A stretch of DNA of 62,913 nt, the filler included, from Globobulimina sp. (Eukaryota), in the NCBI GenBank assembly GCA_003354225.1. It is 44 parts of 44 records of this genome, joined end to end, with 100 filler letters (N's around TTAATTAATTAA, not from the genome) between each part and the next. Parts side by side here need not be neighbours in the genome. Positions count along the whole stretch, not along the records: positions 61,583 to 62,913 come from PIVH01018526.1; 43 more parts are not named here. One strand, given 5' to 3'. The translations under genes were made by a program, and so were the position numbers. Shown piece after piece: positions 62,145 to 62,913 of the stretch. The notes beneath the pieces were generated by a model. It was not told the DNA's origin, searched no databases, and worked only from the letters and a program-made list of their open reading frames with translations. Each line of letters begins with the position of its first letter. Position 1 is the stretch's first letter.

Positions 62145-62913
62145 TCATACCTTAAATTGTAATTTTGGGCCACATCTCTTATCATAACTCTTCAAAGCAC
62201 CCACAGCAATGTCATAGGCATCTTGCGGACCTTTTTTTTCTTCACGCAGTTCACGCCACTTATCTGTAGGTTTATTGTTAAAATTATTGCGTGCTTCGAG
62301 AGTTGCAGCTTCATCGCACCTCCATGGTGCTATAAATTTAATATTCTTTAATTTGCTGAAATGTGCATGATCCAGACACCACTCCTCAATGTTTATCGCG
62401 GTTTGTTTGATATCGATGTTTCTGACTCTGCCCCGTTGATAATCATCCACTAACAACTGCAGATAATCGAATTTATATTTCCTCCCAATCGCTATGGCGT
62501 AAGTAAAGGATTTATCTGTAGCCATACCAGAATTCCATAAGGTGGGACATTGCAATTTATATAAAGTTCTGGTCTCAATATATTCGTTTTCAGTGATTGT
62601 GTATAAATATTTTAATGTACTATTTGACAAATAACATTGCGGCAGTTTCCGATCAAAAACGCGGTCTGGTTCGTCGTAACATTTTTTAATTAAATCAAAT
62701 TTAAATTCTTTCTTTTCCCTCGAGTTTATGTTATATAATTCATGCAGAAAAGGAAAGTTTGGATCAAAATCAATTATGGTAGATTCTGTACCTTCGTCGA
62801 GTTCCGCTAATAAATCAATGTCATTATCATAGCAATACTCAGAAAATAAATAATAGTATGATTTGTTGATGCTTCTATAATATCTTTTGAGTGCTGTGCA
62901 GGTTGCGTCCACC
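62145..62913 (-). CDS. Hypothetical protein fragment (may be spliced to 61583..62064)
   Basis: Open frame of about 255 codons ending at a GT donor-like site (AAG|GTATG); family not recognised. Confidence 0.55.
   Translation of the reverse strand, partial: VDATCTALKRYYRSINKSYYYLFSEYCYDNDIDLLAELDEGTESTIIDFDPNFPFLHELYNINSREKKEFKFDLIKKCYDEPDRVFDRKLPQCYLSNSTLKYLYTITENEYIETRTLYKLQCPTLWNSGMATDKSFTYAIAIGRKYKFDYLQLLVDDYQRGRVRNIDIKQTAINIEEWCLDHAHFSKLKNIKFIAPWRCDEAATLEARNNFNNKPTDKWRELREEKKGPQDAYDIAVGALKSYDKRCGPKLQFKV

Noticed and set aside
1-62913. Any operon, gene cluster or horizontal transfer inferred from neighbouring genes across linkers (e.g. the IS or livH next to eukaryotic genes)
   Set aside because: The contigs are concatenated by size, so adjacency carries no information.

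Overview
This window is not one continuous locus. It is 44 unrelated short contigs (1,334 down to 1,331 bp, sorted by length) joined by artificial 100-bp linkers (N44-TTAATTAATTAA-N44), so adjacency across linkers has no biological meaning. Most contigs come from an AT-rich, gene-dense eukaryote with short GT-AG introns (mostly 59-82 nt, some 160-190 nt). Its gene families and intron style suggest a foraminiferan-like rhizarian protist, which is inference only. Recognisable genes include cytochrome P450s, GAR1, CSN7, VPS4, STAG/Scc3, Nup85, an LSD1-like amine oxidase, a fatty-acid elongase, SQOR, CLN3, CPA2 and SLC38 transporters, and RRM, RCC1, CAP-Gly, MYND and VWA proteins. Mixed in are bacterial contigs (a complete but frameshifted IS701-family element; a Bacteroidota-like livH contig), probable animal contigs (a PTP with a GTAAGT 5'-UTR intron; a 143-bp satellite) and virus/transposon-like contigs. 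The most unusual items are a Polinton/Maverick-type protein-primed DNA polymerase B split by three spliceosomal introns, a ~1.28-kb repeated unit carrying an anticodon-less tRNA-like gene, a eukaryotic L/F-transferase (Aat)-like gene, an ADP-ribosyltransferase-like protein with a PH-like tail, and a kinase with predicted type II membrane (lumenal) topology. No multi-gene system can be demonstrated from fragments this short. All family calls are from motif recognition, not database searches.
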